Source of the DNA: Eledone cirrhosa | Lineage: Eukaryota | Reading direction: 5' to 3' | Assembly (NCBI GenBank): GCA_964016885.1 | Contig: OZ024740.1 | Location: 48,174,001-48,238,000, forward strand | Length of the DNA: 64,000 nt | Shown here: positions 60,302 through 64,000 of the stretch, piece by piece | Layout: every line of letters begins with the position of its first letter | Position numbering within the stretch: position 1 is the stretch's first letter | Program-made: the position numbers and the translations under genes | The notes under the pieces: generated by a model | Seen by the model: the letters and a program-made list of their open reading frames with translations, nothing else | The model's database searches: none | What the model was told of the DNA's origin: nothing

Positions 60302-62137
60302 ACATGATGAGCCAATGAGGGAGCCTCTACATGGTTACTTGGTCTACTAAAAACAGCAGCTGAATATGACTCAAATCACACCTTGCGAACTTAAGAAAAG
60401 AACATTGAATAATATGGTCCTTGGTTCTCTGCATTTAGGGAAAAGGCATGATGGTTACAGCTGGAATACATTTGATAATAGGTCTGCTCAATCAGTGTTA
60501 ATCTTGAGCTAAACAACAGCAAAAACAACTTCAGGTATGACATATGTTACTGTCAGACTCAGAGATTTTAAGAACATCCTTCAACCTAGTCTCCTGGAGC
60601 AGCTTAAACAGTCCTGTGCCCTCAAATTTATTATAAATCTACCATCTTCTCTTATCCACCTATATAATTGCCAAAATTACATCACATAGACTAAAATTGC
60701 TTATCAGAGCCAGGAAATACTTCAACCCTGATCAGTTGTTAACACTTTACAAGCTCCACTAAGACTTACATTGACATGCTATTCACATATTATATCAGAC
60801 AGTATTGCTGCTACATAAACTTACATCCCAGACTACATCTAAAAGAAACCCATTTGACTGATTCAGTCACCAACATACTTCAACCACTAACCCACAGATG
60901 TTATGTTTCTGCTTAATGCCTCTTCTTTCACTACTAGAATTGACTTGTTTCCTTAGAACTAACCAGCAGCATACTTTTTTCACTAAGCCCACTTGGTCCC
61001 ATTAATTATTTTTTTCCTCATGTGACTTGCTCTGATTTCCCATACCTCTCCAGAACTGTAAACTTCTGGAATTCCTTCCCGCACACGTTTTTCTTCAAAC
61101 ACTAGCTTACACATCAAATCTTACGCCAATCACACTAGTCTCAAGAGATTATTGGTGTGTCCTTTCTTTCAACTATCTCATTAAAAAAAATATGAAAGAG
61201 CAATCATCATCCTTTTAGGTCTGCTTTTTCATGCTTGCATAGTTTGGATGGGGGTTTTTTCAGCACAGCTTCCTTCCATCAACTGCATTCCTTTGCCATC
61301 TCCTCTGAGGTTTAACCTTTTGAAATCTGCTCTCACCACTTCTGTTCAGGTTTACTTTGGTCTTCCTCTACTGCAACTTCCTGGCATTTCTTCAGTTAAT
61401 GATCATCATCCATACTAATGCAGTCCTCTCTCTTGCACATTACATTTCATTCCTCTTTACCCTGTTTTTCTGTCAGCCTATCCATTCTTTGCTGTTCATG
61501 CTTATTAACATCACACATTCATCGGAGCATCCTTGCTTCATTTCTCTCCAGCCTCTGCATATTCTTTCCAAGTGGTTGATAATTTAGTAAACTAGGAACA
61601 GATCTTTTAAAGTGTAACTTTAATCTGACTGTGATAATCTTATACTATAGTTTAACTTTTCAGTGGCCTCACAATCTATATTATAAAAGAGAAGCTGTTT
61701 CTCCTGTTTTCTGTCAATCACACATGTAGGAAGAAAAAGAGGAGTGAAAAATGAAAATGTTCTTAAACCTTTGCAAAGCTTATTGTATCAAAGTATATCA
61801 GATATAATATAGAAGGCTTTTGCTCAAGATTATAACTAAATTAATTGTATTATTAGTGTTATGAAATTGCTTCTTTCCCATATAAACTACCAAATCACTC
61901 AATTTCTTCTTAAGTCTATCATTCCACCACTTGATCAGTCTCTCATCTTTTAGCTATCCATTTGCCTAGTAGTGGGGCAAGTATTATGGAGTATCCAAAC
62001 ATAGGTATAACACAATACTAGTAGTGAGATATAACCTCTACCCCTTTGGTTGAGACGCCAACATTTCATTCACTTGATCTTTGTAACTGCATTTTAAATG
62101 GTATTTGTAAAATTATTTCTCTTCACTTATATTTTAG

Positions 62138-62350
62138 ATACCTGTATGTAAACAGCCGGCCTTGGCCTCAAAATTGTTGCATTGAAAATCCACTAACACC
62201 TCCTCCCATTGCTCAGGAGATTGATATCCATGTGATAGACCTGGTCCACATGAAAGAAATGGGTACTATGCACAGATCCCATAAAGCATACACACCAAAT
62301 GATGAGTGTTTCTTTATTTTTCTTGATGTCTGTGATGAATTTGTTGCGAG
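62138..62350 (+). CDS. FBXW5: FBXW5 coding exon 5; the gene continues beyond the window
   Basis: ..TTTTAG|A. YLYVNSRPWP...PPPIAQEIDIHVIDL...HKAYTPNDECFFIFLDVCDEFVA. Donor AG|GTAAGT, phase 2. Confidence 0.94.
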
Positions 62351-62586
62351 GTAAGTCAAGTATCAAATGTGAACTATTTTTAAGTTTTTGTTTTCCTGTA
62401 ACAGAAACAGCTAGTTGAATTGCTACAGTGCCATATAATAACAAACTGGTTTGTGTTCCTATATCATATTAGCACATAATTCTCAATAATCAATACAAGC
62501 ATGAATGATCATGTACAGCATATTGCTATTTATCTCGATTTTTCTCATATTTTATTTGTATTTTTTCTCATATTATCATGGATTGA

Positions 62587-62756
62587 ATTTGTTTGTAAAG
62601 GTATTTCATAGTCAGATATTTGTTTTGTAAAGGTATTTCATAGTCAGATATTTGTTTGTAGAGGTATTTCATAGTCAGATATTTGTTTGTAAAGGTATTT
62701 CATAGTCAGATATTTGTTTGTAAAGGTATTTCATAGTCAGATATTTGTTTGTAAAG
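62587..62756 (+). repeat. 31 bp minisatellite, ~5.5 copies
   Basis: Unit ATTTGTTTGTAAAGGTATTTCATAGTCAGAT repeated head-to-tail with no spacers. Confidence 0.97.
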
Positions 62757-62799
62757 TAGAAATGTTGTCTATATTCTAGTTGGATAGTCTGGGCAAAGT

Positions 62800-64000
62800 G
62801 TAATAATGTCTTTCCTAAGTATCACTTCATTACAGTGACTGTAGGCCACTGCAAAGAGTAAAGCAATTTAACCACTCAATAACATCTTTACAGTTATTAA
62901 TTCCTTCATTAGAGATCATTTTTATAAATTGAGAAAGTCTTACAAATGGTCTACATTCAGATCATTGACAAATGTTATTAATCTTGACAACAGCAAATCT
63001 TTGACCATGTTTGATATAACTGCCTGCCTAAGTTACCTTTCTCTGAGTTCCACCTGACTCTCATCACTTAGATTTCCTCTCAGATTGCAACATGAACTGA
63101 TGAGATTCCCTACACATTCTCTCGATTATGATGAACTCCACACTTTTCTTTCTGTATATCAATGATCTGTTTGCTGTTACTTTTATCCATACATATTCTT
63201 ACGATGATAGTGTCATGACATCCATATACTACCTAGACATTTTTAGCCAAATTTACACAGCTTCCATGAATATAGGCCTTTAAAACATTCACTAGTAGGG
63301 ACAACTTATTCCCCTTCAAAAGCACAGACATAATTGCTACATGCACCCAAAAAAATGTTATACCTTCCCTGTACATGATCATATATCTAAGACCCTTAAA
63401 ACAATTACAAATGTTAGACATCATAATCTCGAGACAACCTCACTTAATGCCAAAACTGCATCCCAAAGATACTTCTTCAAGGCCAGAAAATATTTTATCC
63501 CCAAATCAGTTGCTGAAGTTATTCACATTAGAGTATTATTTATATATCAAGACAACCATTTTTTGCTACATATTTCTGAGACATAAACACCACCATATTG
63601 AAACATTTAACATCATTAAAAATTTATGTCTCATCATCTTTGATGCTCTTTCAAAGCATTTCCTCTATTTATTATCATTTCTTCCAAATCTTCATTCATT
63701 TATTTAACATTACCAAAACTACATTTCAAAGATTAGGTATCCTCTTTAGGGCTAGAAAGAATACTTTGACCTAGATCAATTGCTGATCCTCTGAAAGGTT
63801 CAAGTCAGAGCTACATTAGAGTAATGAACACATCTATATAACAACGCTATGTTCAATAGCCATATAACACACATGTTATATCAATTGTCTCCACCAAGTT
63901 TACAGTTAGTACTTCCTCTCTAGAACTTCAGCATTCCTACAGGCATCAATATATAGAAATTAACTACATCGACTATGTCAATCTGGGTGAGTCTGCAAAA
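62800..64000 (+). mobile_element. Highly degenerate CR1/L2-like RT remnant; similar remnants at ~2030-2330 and ~59730-61170
   Basis: Eroded LD.SK.FD and LYINDL...Y.DD-like stretches. No open frame. Confidence 0.45.

Noticed and set aside
62587-62756. CRISPR-like 31 bp repeats
   Set aside because: Units are contiguous with no unique spacers, there are no cas genes, and the context is a eukaryotic intron.

Overview
Eukaryotic, AT-rich, repeat-saturated animal DNA, not prokaryotic. The SINE/LINE/microsatellite mix suggests an octopod cephalopod (inference). There is one host gene: a + strand F-box/WD40 gene matching FBXW5, with five phase-consistent coding exons at 49045-62350 that continue past the window end, and a possible non-coding first exon near 36.5 kb. 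The rest is nested mobile DNA. (i) A head-to-tail Helitron dimer (8147-25482) hosts a second Helitron, two diverged Tx1/L1-clade LINEs both sitting in (GATA)n, a hAT MITE, a CR1 fragment, a probable solo LTR and a SINE. (ii) A third Helitron (38588-46604) has its helicase split by a CR1 element, which is itself split by an RTE whose (ATG)n tail supplies in-frame start codons to an intact 932-aa CR1 ORF2. (iii) The RTE LINEs carry a PHD-type finger just C-terminal of the RT catalytic motif. (iv) About eight minimal type I hammerhead ribozyme motifs occur in different short modules lodged in (TA)n tracts, Penelope-like. Most short ORFs in the supplied track are microsatellite or antisense artefacts. 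All calls are by eye; no database search was run.
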